A stretch of 64,000 nucleotides of DNA, from sequence record MZ170040.1. One strand, written 5' to 3'. The notes under the pieces are model-generated. The model saw only the letters and a list, made by a program, of their open reading frames with translations. It was not told the DNA's origin and did no database searches. Position numbers and translations under genes: made by a program. The stretch is from Escherichia phage vB_EcoM_FJ1. Below, piece by piece: positions 38,073 through 46,799 of this stretch. Position 1 is the stretch's first letter. Every line of letters begins with the position of its first letter.

Positions 38073-38126
38073 TCCTCATGTTATGTCAGTAAGACTACTA
38101 TAACACAACACGAGGGACTTGTAAAC
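38073..38126 (-). repeat. 54-bp early-promoter cassette copy A (PeSL-like), identical to 52347-52400
   Basis: Exact 54/54 match; minus strand reads GTTTAC-N17-TTATAG...ACATAACATGAGGA (-35, -10, leader, SD). Confidence 0.8.
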
Positions 38127-38483
38127 TACATTTTGAACTTTTTAGTACGCGTAATAGGCATGCGTCGATTTTATACTGTTTCATTGTTTGAAGAGCAGTA
38201 TCAAAAACAGCATTAATGACGCCAATTGGATTTCCACCCAAGTTTTTAAGTTTAACTAATGATAGTTTCTCATTAACACCTATCATTACGATATGCATCA
38301 TTTTGTCGCCTGGTTTAACGTTTTATCTGTATCACCGCCAGAGGTGTATGTACAAAATCTAAATCCAGGAAGCACGCTTTCTTCGCCGGCTTGAATAGCA
38401 AAAATTTGTGGTATTTTATGCTTAGGATTTAAGTTAACAACCGGCGCCGAAGCGCCGTCAAATAATTATGTAATAAGTTCCAT
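38098..38483 (-). pseudogene. decayed tandem partial copy of the alt 5' region (Alt N-terminal paralog fragment)
   Basis: Starts ATGGAACTTATTACATAA 3 nt after alt stop (MELIT then in-frame TAA); continues with LFDG...NLNPKHKIPQIF...FCTYTSGGDT and, after a frameshift, MMHIV...KQYKIDACLLRVLKS, all homologous to Alt residues 1-120. Confidence 0.7.
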
Positions 38484-38486
38484 GAT

Positions 38487-40580
38487 TTATCCTTGAACGA
38501 ACTTGTAAGGCATGTTTGCAATATCTATGCAAGACGCAATAATTCCAAGAGATGATTCTACTTTCTGTTTAACATTTGATGAAACAAATGATGCAAAGTC
38601 AACTCTGTCTTCTATTTCAATATCACCTGTCATTGCAACCAATTCACCAGTTTCCATTAAATGGTCTCCATCATAGATTACCGATTCGGTGAGCTCTTCC
38701 GTGGTCATAACTTCAGCTTGAATGAGTTTTGTATTATTAGATGTTGTTCCGTCATTATTAGAAGCATCAGTTATTTTATTAACTTTGACCATCAATCCAC
38801 GCGGTAGAATAACTTCAGCTTCTGTTGCTATTCCGAGACTTCCTGGATATACAACATTAACTTTATGAGCTCCATCAATTGCCCATCCTATTTGAACTTT
38901 AACGTATTCAGGATTTTCTTTATACGCTCTTATTTCGTTTGGATTAATAGTTATTCCTTCTTCATTTTTATCAACTGTTAATTCATTGCGAGCTTCTGGT
39001 TCTAAAAGACCAATACCAGCATGTGTAATTCCAAAACGTCCAAAAATGATAGGAGTTAAAGAAGTAGATACAAAATTTCTGAAATAGAATACTTTATTTT
39101 TAACTAGTGCTTCGTATATAGGAGCAGTCATACTTTGAGCACGATAAACTGTAATGCCTTCTGGTATACGATCACCATTTTCAAAAGCAGAATCTAAATT
39201 AGTTATAGCAGCTTCAATTTCTTTTTCACTCATTACTTCATAACGTTCTGGATCATAACGACCCAAAAGAAGATTATTGATGTCAGTATATCCTGAACCG
39301 CAATACTCTCTAATGCCACGCTTTTGTGATGGAGTATATTTAGAACCATCACGGGCAATAGTAATATCAATCATTGGACCTGCACCAATTCCAGAGAAAC
39401 TATAAATCATTCTTTTGAGGAATTTAGTTTTTGTCGCGTTCCAGGAATTTTTAGTTATTTCTTCCCAGACTTCATCTGGCTGTCCTTTACGGGTTTTATT
39501 ATGTTTATCAAGCCAAGTATCTTTATATTCTTCAAATAATTGATTAACAGCTGCTGCGTATTTCTCTAAACATTTTATTGAAGTAGTCGGTTCATTTTTA
39601 ATCGCATTAAGAATTACATCTTTAATTTTTTCAGAAACTTCATTAACCTCACTTTTTGAAAAGAATTTATAGTCATAATGAAGTTCATCTGCAGTTCCTT
39701 CGGCAATGATTTTTGCTGCCTTAGTTTTAGAAGCTAATGAATTAATTCCAATTTTCATTTCTTCTGCTTCGGGAATTAAAGGTGCAGTAGCTGGTTTATT
39801 AAAATTAGCTGCTGTAGATTCATACTTCTGGAATAATTCACTTTCAAATCTAGAAGACTCTAATGATTGACTTTGTGCAATTGCTCTACGGGAAATTTTA
39901 ACTTTAACGATTACAGCTTGATCAGAACGTTTATCATTTTCTTGTGCAATAGATGCTGCAATTGCCTCATTTTTAGTTACTTGAGCTCCGGTATCTTTAT
40001 TGATATAAACATCACCGACCTTCGATTCAACTTTAGTAAAGAGCTCGGTACTAATTTCCGGAACTCCTGGAATGTCTTCTAGTGATACATTTTTGCGATG
40101 TATAAGAATATATGCATACTTTTTATCATAATCCCAGAGTTCCTTAAGAAGGACGTATCTGCCACCTGAACGACTACGGATAAGTCTATCAACAATAACT
40201 TGAATTTGTCGAGCTTGACCAGCAGTTTTAGACTTAAGAATACGGAGCATACAGGCATCAATTTTATACTGACGCATTGTTTGCATTGCAACAGTAAAAA
40301 CCGAATTGATATAATTAATTGGGCTTGGACCAAGACCTTTCAATTTAGCAATTGAACCTTTAGCGGTTAATGTAAAAGGAACAATATGCATCATTTTATC
40401 GCCCATCTTTAAATCACGATTAGTATCACCTCCAGATGTATAGGTACATAAACGAAAGCCTGGTTGTTCAATTGCATCATCAACATGAACTGAAAAAATT
40501 TGTGGTATTTTCTTCTTTGGATTTAAGTTTGTAATCGGAAGAGTAGTATCTTCGTCAAATAATTCTGTAATTAGTTCCAT
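38487..40580 (-). CDS. alt: ADP-ribosyltransferase Alt (virion-packaged, modifies host RNA polymerase)
   Basis: 697 aa from second ATG (MELITELF; track gives 698 from first ATG); sequence recognised as T4 Alt. Confidence 0.9.
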   Translation of the reverse strand: MELITELFDEDTTLPITNLNPKKKIPQIFSVHVDDAIEQPGFRLCTYTSGGDTNRDLKMGDKMMHIVPFTLTAKGSIAKLKGLGPSPINYINSVFTVAMQTMRQYKIDACMLRILKSKTAGQARQIQVIVDRLIRSRSGGRYVLLKELWDYDKKYAYILIHRKNVSLEDIPGVPEISTELFTKVESKVGDVYINKDTGAQVTKNEAIAASIAQENDKRSDQAVIVKVKISRRAIAQSQSLESSRFESELFQKYESTAANFNKPATAPLIPEAEEMKIGINSLASKTKAAKIIAEGTADELHYDYKFFSKSEVNEVSEKIKDVILNAIKNEPTTSIKCLEKYAAAVNQLFEEYKDTWLDKHNKTRKGQPDEVWEEITKNSWNATKTKFLKRMIYSFSGIGAGPMIDITIARDGSKYTPSQKRGIREYCGSGYTDINNLLLGRYDPERYEVMSEKEIEAAITNLDSAFENGDRIPEGITVYRAQSMTAPIYEALVKNKVFYFRNFVSTSLTPIIFGRFGITHAGIGLLEPEARNELTVDKNEEGITINPNEIRAYKENPEYVKVQIGWAIDGAHKVNVVYPGSLGIATEAEVILPRGLMVKVNKITDASNNDGTTSNNTKLIQAEVMTTEELTESVIYDGDHLMETGELVAMTGDIEIEDRVDFASFVSSNVKQKVESSLGIIASCIDIANMPYKFVQG

Positions 40581-40603
40581 CATATCCTCTCTAGTGTTTA
40601 TTC

Positions 40604-40611
40604 TATTTATA
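40604..40611 (-). promoter_or_regulatory. late promoter TATAAATA (minus strand) for alt
   Basis: TATTTATA on + strand, about 20 nt upstream of alt ATG. Confidence 0.6.
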
Positions 40612-40632
40612 AAATTAAAGGCCCGAAGGCCT

Positions 40633-40821
40633 TTAGTAATCTAGTGGTAAGAGAGTACGATATATTTCAAACTTTGGTCCTTTTTCATAGGCATCAAATG
40701 TTTCTGTAAATTTATTATAAGCGTATGCATCTACAAATTCGAGAATGACTTGTGATACAGAAGTAGAAACATCTCCACCTTCTTTTTGAGCAATGACAAT
40801 TGTTTCTAAGTAAGCTTTCAT
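40633..40821 (-). CDS. hypothetical 62-aa protein between gene 30 and alt
   Basis: ATG ORF overlapping gene 30 stop; followed by hairpin AAAGGCC-CGAA-GGCCTTT at 40617-40634. Confidence 0.5.
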   Translation of the reverse strand: MKAYLETIVIAQKEGGDVSTSVSQVILEFVDAYAYNKFTETFDAYEKGPKFEIYRTLLPLDY

Positions 40822-42281
40822 AGACCAGTTACCTCATGAAAATCACCAAATACATCCTCGAATGTATTAGCTTTAGTTTTATCTTCACGTAAACGAATCG
40901 CAATCGGAAGAAATAATTTAACGTAATCAGTGCGGCCATCAGATTTTAACCAACCGTTGCATTCGCACTCTAGAATTTTTCCAATATAATAATTTTGGTT
41001 TTCCATAATGCGAGTACGGTCAAGTTCATGTGATTTTACACCGGCTTTATCTTTTAAGCCTGAACCAGCATTTACCTTAATTTTTCCACACTCTGACTCA
41101 AGAATAAATCCACCCGCTTTAGTAGGGTCTTTACGGTGAGGATAAATTCCTACAATTTTTAAATCAACATCAATTACTTCTTTAAATTTATAGAGATTTT
41201 TTGAACGAGCATTTTCCCATAATCCATCGATATTTTTGAGAATAATACCTTCAAGACCTTGGTCAATATACTTTTTATAAATTACCTTAGCTTCATCTAG
41301 GTTATTTACTACCTGGTTTTCAATTAAAATTACTTTATCATAGCCTGATGTCATTTGTTCTAGTTTAGAAAAACGTACATCATATTTCAAACGAAATGCA
41401 GGAAGACCGTATATTTCTACCAATGGAACATAATCCCAGACCTGAAACTTCATGCATTGAGCTTCTTTTTCAGAAATGGTTCCCTTTAAAGATTTATTAG
41501 CGATTCCATTAGAAGTAGTACGTGATTCAGCTACTTCGGCGAATTCTTTGGCTTTACTGTTTTCAGGATGAGCATCAAAAAGAAAATCTAGGTCTTCTGG
41601 CTCCTTTTTAACTTGCTCATGGTATACCAATTCGCCATCAATTAACACGCCTTCTGGATGAATCTGGCGGGCTTCAGCGGTCATTTTGATTAATTCTTCC
41701 TTAAGAAGATCTAATCCTAGATATTCATTACCGGCTCGTGATAAAAGACGAACATCATCTAATTCATCACCTCTGACTTCGGCAAAGCACCGAGCCCCAT
41801 CAGCTTTTAACTGGGCAAAGGCTGGAAATTTGATATTCTTATTAATGCCTTTTTCATCATAAGAACTTGCCAGCATTTGAGGTTGTTCAGGAATTAAACC
41901 TGGCCAAACTTTGTTTGCAATAGATACTGAAGCACCACATTCAAGGTCTCGCATCATCACTCGACGCAAAACTTCAACATCATCTTTTTTACCATCGGTG
42001 ATATATCCAGTTAATTCCTCAATTGCCGCATTTCCAGTCAATTTCCGAGTAGCTAACGTGAATTCAATGAAGTCAAGCATATCGGTAAGAGTCAACATTC
42101 CAAAACTCTGGGTAGCAATACCAGGTTTAGGCCATTTCTTGATATAATACTGTAACCCACGAGAATAAGTCAGACGATATACTCGTTTAAGCAATTCATT
42201 ATCTTTATTCTTTTCAAGAATTGCTTGCTTCTGCTTAGTTGAACCAATAGATGCTATTTCGTTCAGAATTTTAAGAATCAT
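40818..42281 (-). CDS. 30: ATP-dependent DNA ligase gp30
   Basis: 487 aa; sequence recognised as T4 DNA ligase. Confidence 0.95.
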   Translation of the reverse strand: MILKILNEIASIGSTKQKQAILEKNKDNELLKRVYRLTYSRGLQYYIKKWPKPGIATQSFGMLTLTDMLDFIEFTLATRKLTGNAAIEELTGYITDGKKDDVEVLRRVMMRDLECGASVSIANKVWPGLIPEQPQMLASSYDEKGINKNIKFPAFAQLKADGARCFAEVRGDELDDVRLLSRAGNEYLGLDLLKEELIKMTAEARQIHPEGVLIDGELVYHEQVKKEPEDLDFLFDAHPENSKAKEFAEVAESRTTSNGIANKSLKGTISEKEAQCMKFQVWDYVPLVEIYGLPAFRLKYDVRFSKLEQMTSGYDKVILIENQVVNNLDEAKVIYKKYIDQGLEGIILKNIDGLWENARSKNLYKFKEVIDVDLKIVGIYPHRKDPTKAGGFILESECGKIKVNAGSGLKDKAGVKSHELDRTRIMENQNYYIGKILECECNGWLKSDGRTDYVKLFLPIAIRLREDKTKANTFEDVFGDFHEVTGL

Positions 42282-42547
42282 TGTTCATCCTTCAGAGTTT
42301 GGTTTACAGCTCTATTATAAATCAATTCATCATTAAGCTCAGTCAAAGACTTATGATATGTGGTTCTAACTTTATTTCCTTGCATCCAGTGCTTGATATA
42401 AATGAAACCTTGCTCTACGCATTTTTTAAAAATTCGTTCGTCTTTTTGAGCTCGGAATTCTGGATTGCATCTAAAAAATTGATTTACGTGACCGTAATCA
42501 CGTGTAGTATTACCTTCATTTTCATAAATAGTGTGAACAACAAACAT
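42278..42547 (-). CDS. hypothetical protein (T4 30.1 position)
   Basis: 89 aa ATG ORF upstream of ligase. Confidence 0.6.
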   Translation of the reverse strand: MFVVHTIYENEGNTTRDYGHVNQFFRCNPEFRAQKDERIFKKCVEQGFIYIKHWMQGNKVRTTYHKSLTELNDELIYNRAVNQTLKDEQ

Positions 42548-43386
42548 TAGAATGCTCCTTGGAAAATATTATCACCACAAGTAGGTCTATTATACAAATA
42601 CTCTATACCGCCGGGTTTAATATAGTTCCATGTCTGAAACGGATGTGTCTGATATGGATGATATAGATGATTATAAGGATTAAATCCAGGAGTTCTCCAG
42701 GTAGTGTTCCAACGAAAAGAATCGTTTTTAATCATCTTTTCAATTACATCTTTTATAGCTTTTTCACTATCAAAACTTTCTTTATTTTCCTTTGGTGAAA
42801 AAAACTTATTCTCTACATCGTTCCATGTATAAACTCGCTGAGCAGTTTTTGGAATACTGTCACGTTCCCCTCGAGCCATCCAATAAACAGGAACACTTAA
42901 TATTTCACTCGCGTGATCGCAGTGGTGAGCGAGATCGTCAATATAACAAATTACGTTATATTTCTCTTTTGCCTTTTTGAACAACTCTTCTTTTGAAGAA
43001 TCATGACCACACATCAGTACTTCTGAGAAGGCACCAGGAAAAAGAGCATTCAAATTAAATTGACGATTCAGCAGAGCGTCAATAGAATCACCCAGCGCTG
43101 TAACAGCTACAAAATTATAATCTTCTTTTAATTTGTTAATTACACACAGAGCATCTTTATATGGAGACAAGTAACGAATAAAATCTGAACGATTGTATTT
43201 TTCAATTAACTTGACACCAAGTTCTTCATCACAATTAAAAAGTTTACCAGGAGAAATAAATTTTTCATCTTGGATCATTTTTAAAATATGTTCCAACGGA
43301 AGATTATATTTCTGAGCAAAATAAGGAAGGCCTGATTGCCAGCTTAAACACACTCCATCAATATCAGTTAAAATAGTAGGCTTCAT
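42547..43386 (-). CDS. hypothetical protein with HAD-like DxDGV motif (T4 30.2 position)
   Basis: 279 aa; N-terminal TDIDGV resembles HAD-superfamily motif I. Confidence 0.6.
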   Translation of the reverse strand: MKPTILTDIDGVCLSWQSGLPYFAQKYNLPLEHILKMIQDEKFISPGKLFNCDEELGVKLIEKYNRSDFIRYLSPYKDALCVINKLKEDYNFVAVTALGDSIDALLNRQFNLNALFPGAFSEVLMCGHDSSKEELFKKAKEKYNVICYIDDLAHHCDHASEILSVPVYWMARGERDSIPKTAQRVYTWNDVENKFFSPKENKESFDSEKAIKDVIEKMIKNDSFRWNTTWRTPGFNPYNHLYHPYQTHPFQTWNYIKPGGIEYLYNRPTCGDNIFQGAF

Positions 43387-43841
43387 AGAGAGTCTCTTAA
43401 TAGGTTTAACACATCAATAAATTCAGCTTCGGTTAGTATTGTATCATCTTTTGTTAGACCACTAGCCATGCTGTGCTTCAAAACTTTTCCTTTCGAGGCT
43501 TGTAATGCATCACGAAAGCCCTTGTTTTGGATCGCTGCTTCAAAATATGCATTTGTGTATAATTCTTTCCACGCCGGGGAGTATCTTGAAAATGGAACTC
43601 CAAGCCAGAAGAGGGTTCCACGGTCCTGAGCTCTTGCATAAGACCTTCCAGCTTGTTGGGCGGCAAGCCCGGATAACCCAAATATACGACGTTGTTGTTC
43701 AACGTTTTTCACCTTGCATCCTTGGAGGAATCCTTCAAGACCTCCAAATTGAATACCATCCATAACGAAAGGCCATTGGGCGAAATTACTTAATGCACAT
43801 GATGGCCACCTAAAATTGCTTCTAATCTCTAACTCAGACAT
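43383..43841 (-). CDS. NADAR/YbiA-like domain protein (T4 30.3 position)
   Basis: Track start is TTG; ATG at 43841 gives 152 aa; motifs SNFAQWP and EGFLQGCK resemble the E. coli YbiA/NADAR signature. Confidence 0.6.
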   Translation of the reverse strand: MSELEIRSNFRWPSCALSNFAQWPFVMDGIQFGGLEGFLQGCKVKNVEQQRRIFGLSGLAAQQAGRSYARAQDRGTLFWLGVPFSRYSPAWKELYTNAYFEAAIQNKGFRDALQASKGKVLKHSMASGLTKDDTILTEAEFIDVLNLLRDSL

Positions 43842-44040
43842 TTTCAATGCTTATAATTTCAACATCAGCCCAATGACCATAGCAAGGAAGACGAAATTCA
43901 ACTGGCCAGTTAGGGTCCTTTTCTAATATAATAGACTCAACTCGTGGTTCTTCACGTTCATCAGTATATGGATTTTTATCTGTTACTTTATATGTGACCT
44001 TAATGTACTGAATTCCAAAAATCTTATTAATTATATTCAT
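43834..44040 (-). CDS. hypothetical protein
   Basis: 68 aa ATG ORF in 30.x cluster. Confidence 0.5.
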   Translation of the reverse strand: MNIINKIFGIQYIKVTYKVTDKNPYTDEREEPRVESIILEKDPNWPVEFRLPCYGHWADVEIISIENV

Positions 44041-44234
44041 ACTAATTCCTTTAATCCGTAGATAGGAGATAATTCATCACCCATACGAAGGTCTTCATTT
44101 CCATCTACCCAGGAAACAATATAAGCCTCTTTTATTTGAACACCGCTCCATTTAAATGGAGGTAGAACCTTAGAAATTAATCCAGGTATACCAACTCCCT
44201 TTAATTCAACAGTTTGACCTAAAAAGAATTTCAT
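44037..44234 (-). CDS. hypothetical protein
   Basis: 65 aa ATG ORF in 30.x cluster. Confidence 0.5.
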   Translation of the reverse strand: MKFFLGQTVELKGVGIPGLISKVLPPFKWSGVQIKEAYIVSWVDGNEDLRMGDELSPIYGLKELV

Positions 44235-44521
44235 TAGAACCTCATCTGAAAACCGTGCGATTTAACATTACCGCCGCCAATATCAGAGATATTAATTTCG
44301 CGCGCAATTGAAGGGTCAATGTCAATTTCACGATTGAGTTTAGTGATAGCTAAAGTATCGCGCCCATTTACAGTACGAAACTCTAAAGGACAAACCACAT
44401 CAACGTAGTTTTTAATCGATTCACTGGTAGGCTGCAAATGAGCAGGAAGGTCTTTAGGCGCCTTTGAGAAAACAACTTCACAGAAATTTTTGCGGGTATC
44501 AAAATAAGTAGTCATAAACAT
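44234..44521 (-). CDS. hypothetical protein
   Basis: 95 aa ATG ORF with GAGGA SD; preceded by UUCG hairpin at 44538-44551. Confidence 0.55.
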   Translation of the reverse strand: MFMTTYFDTRKNFCEVVFSKAPKDLPAHLQPTSESIKNYVDVVCPLEFRTVNGRDTLAITKLNREIDIDPSIAREINISDIGGGNVKSHGFQMRF

Positions 44522-44560
44522 AGTATTTTCCTCAATAGGGGCCGAAGCCCCTCATTTATT

Positions 44561-44926
44561 TTAAATATCAAATTCGTTAAGAACTACATCAAAGATTGCT
44601 TCCAAGTGCTCAGGTTTAGCTTTGTTACTCAGAATATGACGAATCCAAGTTTTAACTAAGAGTTTACGATTAGCACCATTCCAGCAAGGATGAGTCCCTA
44701 AATCACGTTGACGGAAATCATCATCCAGAGCGATTTTAAAGTTGGAACCTTCCATCGTGATTGAAACCGTGATACCGTTTTCAAATCGCATATAAACGTA
44801 GTTAGGAGTCATATACTGTTCAATTTCGCATACTGATCCATTTTGATGTTTCCAAAGGCAGATGGTATCAATAGAACCTGCAATACCATTAGAAACATAT
44901 TTACGTTCAAAGTTAATGTAGTTCAT
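44561..44926 (-). CDS. hypothetical protein
   Basis: Track start is TTG; ATG at 44926 with GGAG 8 nt upstream gives 121 aa. Confidence 0.55.
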   Translation of the reverse strand: MNYINFERKYVSNGIAGSIDTICLWKHQNGSVCEIEQYMTPNYVYMRFENGITVSITMEGSNFKIALDDDFRQRDLGTHPCWNGANRKLLVKTWIRHILSNKAKPEHLEAIFDVVLNEFDI

Positions 44927-44962
44927 TTTATTCTCCAAGATGTTTAATTGCGGTACAGGTAT

Positions 44963-44991
44963 ATAATATCATGTCCTGTACCAAAGTAAAC
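44963..44991 (-). promoter_or_regulatory. sigma70-type early promoter
   Basis: Minus strand GTTTAC - 17 nt - TATTAT. Confidence 0.5.
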
Positions 44992-44993
44992 AA

Positions 44994-45326
44994 TTATTTT
45001 ACTACTTTCCAATGCTGCATGTCAAGTTTACCAACTTTTTTCATCTTCTCAATTAAGCGTTCGGCACGTTGGCGAGCTGTAACATAATACCATTCACCTA
45101 ATTCATTTTGTTCAATTTTTCCAACGATTACTGTATTCAATTCATAAATCCAACCAGTAAAGAAATTATGAACTTGAATTGTAAAGGTGAAATCTGTTCC
45201 CATACCTTCTGTTGTTTCTACTTCAATAATATCACCTTCAACTGCCATTAAGAACCACATAGTTTCATCATATTTACCATTGAAGCATTTAGTTTTAACT
45301 GCAGCGTTCAGATTAATCGTTTTCAT
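44994..45326 (-). CDS. hypothetical protein
   Basis: 110 aa ATG ORF. Confidence 0.55.
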   Translation of the reverse strand: MKTINLNAAVKTKCFNGKYDETMWFLMAVEGDIIEVETTEGMGTDFTFTIQVHNFFTGWIYELNTVIVGKIEQNELGEWYYVTARQRAERLIEKMKKVGKLDMQHWKVVK

Positions 45327-45354
45327 TTTATTCTCCTTTGTTTGTGTAAGATAA

Positions 45355-45383
45355 TACTATCACAAAGGAACCATACTGTAAAC
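45355..45383 (-). promoter_or_regulatory. sigma70-type early promoter
   Basis: Minus strand GTTTAC - 17 nt ending TGTG - ATAGTA, same architecture as the repeated cassette. Confidence 0.5.
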
Positions 45384-45400
45384 AACTTTATGCAATCTTT

Positions 45401-45431
45401 GGAAAATAAAAAAGGACTCCCGAAGGAGTCC
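45401..45431 (-). terminator. strong intrinsic terminator
   Basis: Minus strand GGACTCC-UUCG-GGAGTCC followed by TTTTTTATTTT. Confidence 0.7.
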
Positions 45432-45436
45432 TCAAC

Positions 45437-45655
45437 TTATGCTTTCTGCTTACCAAAACGAGAAGCATCATCTCGAAGAACCGCACGTGCTCGGCGCATG
45501 ATCTTCTCAACAGTTTGATTGATACGAGAGTTCGACCCACGCTTGTAGCCAGCGCGTTTAGAATCACCAACTTTCTTTTCAACTGCTTTCTTTGCTTTAG
45601 CTTGTTTTGCCATTATAAATTCTCTTTTAAATGAAAATGCAGGACTTATTGGCAT
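45437..45655 (-). CDS. small highly basic protein (alternative start at 45613 gives 58 aa)
   Basis: ATG ORF, Lys/Arg-rich (MAKQAKAKKAVEKK...); start ambiguous between two ATGs. Confidence 0.5.
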   Translation of the reverse strand: MPISPAFSFKREFIMAKQAKAKKAVEKKVGDSKRAGYKRGSNSRINQTVEKIMRRARAVLRDDASRFGKQKA

Positions 45656-46011
45656 TGCCTGCGCAAGCCCTCAAGGGGAACATAGGTTTTTGGATATTTA
45701 ACGACCAGGATAACCATAAACCCGTCATCATACCTTATAGCTCTTATCTGTTGCACACCGTTAGCTTAAAGGTTCCGGGTTCGATTTCTCGAGGATAAGA
45801 TATATACTGATGGATATATAGGCCTTGAGGCGTACTCCCGATTGGCCATCACCTCGGGGTAGCATGCACTTGCCGCTATAAGAATAACATTCAAGAGGTA
45901 CACCGTAAAACTGCCGGGGTCTTAAAACTATAATGATTCGCAAATCATTAATCAGACAGTTCGACGGCTCCTCGATTTTAGCTCACACTAAGGCAGTGAA
46001 TCTCCAGTAAA

Positions 46012-46260
46012 TTACTTCAGTGTTACCACAAAGTGACGAACTGCTTTTCGTGCAGCAGAAGCCAGAGGCTTAGCATATTTAAGTTCATCTTTTTCCTGAA
46101 GCTCAGCAGCTAATGCAGTTTGAGCAGGATTCAGATGTTTGAAATAACGCAGGATTTCAAGAGCTTCGGCTTCAACATCAATAGATGCGCCATAGTTTTC
46201 GTGACCATTATTCCATGCGTTTCGTTGCAGTTCAAGAGCGTGTTGTAATTGTTTAATCAT
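46012..46260 (-). CDS. rIII: lysis inhibition accessory protein rIII
   Basis: 82 aa; sequence recognised as T4 rIII. Confidence 0.9.
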   Translation of the reverse strand: MIKQLQHALELQRNAWNNGHENYGASIDVEAEALEILRYFKHLNPAQTALAAELQEKDELKYAKPLASAARKAVRHFVVTLK

Positions 46261-46407
46261 TTAAAAATTCTCGTTAGAGATTAAAACTCGGTAGTCACGT
46301 TCTTCTGAATTTCATCTTCTTTCGACAGATCTCTCAGTTGTAGACTACCACATAGAATTGTTCGGTTAACTTATTATTCCGACACCCAATTCATATTATT
46401 ATTTATA

Positions 46408-46743
46408 TCACTTATAAAGACACGGAATAGCTTTATAGTGACAGGTAACAAATTTTTGTTTAATTTCTTTTGGCTGCTTAAGACCCAGAGCTACAAAAGG
46501 ATGCGGAACATTTCGAATTTGACCAACTGGGAGAGAAGTCAAATCACCAACTTCGCAGAAACCTTCAGGAACATCAGGACCGACAGAGTGAATTACACAC
46601 AGTTCAGGAACTTCACCTTGAACACGTTTACCGATAATAAGTCCTGATTCTGTAACTTCTTCATCACCGGCTTGTGCAGGTTCAGAAACTAAAATAACAT
46701 ATTCACCGACAGCACGAATTGGTAGCTGTTGTACTTCAGACAT
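46408..46743 (-). CDS. 31: co-chaperonin gp31 (GroES analogue for capsid folding)
   Basis: 111 aa; sequence recognised as T4 gp31. Confidence 0.9.
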   Translation of the reverse strand: MSEVQQLPIRAVGEYVILVSEPAQAGDEEVTESGLIIGKRVQGEVPELCVIHSVGPDVPEGFCEVGDLTSLPVGQIRNVPHPFVALGLKQPKEIKQKFVTCHYKAIPCLYK

Positions 46744-46799
46744 CGTTTTTCCTTTTTGTTAACAGATGAGTTAATAATAACAAATAATTCTTAAAGCAT

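Noticed and set aside
43478-43765. Overlapping 74-aa (-) and 86-aa (+) ORFs inside the NADAR-like gene
   Set aside because: Alternative frames of a conserved coding region; no independent signals
45388-45582. 64-aa minus-strand ORF
   Set aside because: Out-of-frame overlap with the small basic protein ORF and runs through the strong terminator hairpin; likely spurious
45765-45795. tRNA-like GGTTCGATT motif (possible T-arm)
   Set aside because: Flanking sequence cannot form a 5-bp T-stem (2 Watson-Crick pairs only) and no acceptor, D or anticodon arms could be built; not a tRNA
45761-45943. 60-aa minus-strand ORF in the rIII-upstream noncoding segment
   Set aside because: TTG start, no Shine-Dalgarno, low-complexity product; the region is more plausibly noncoding
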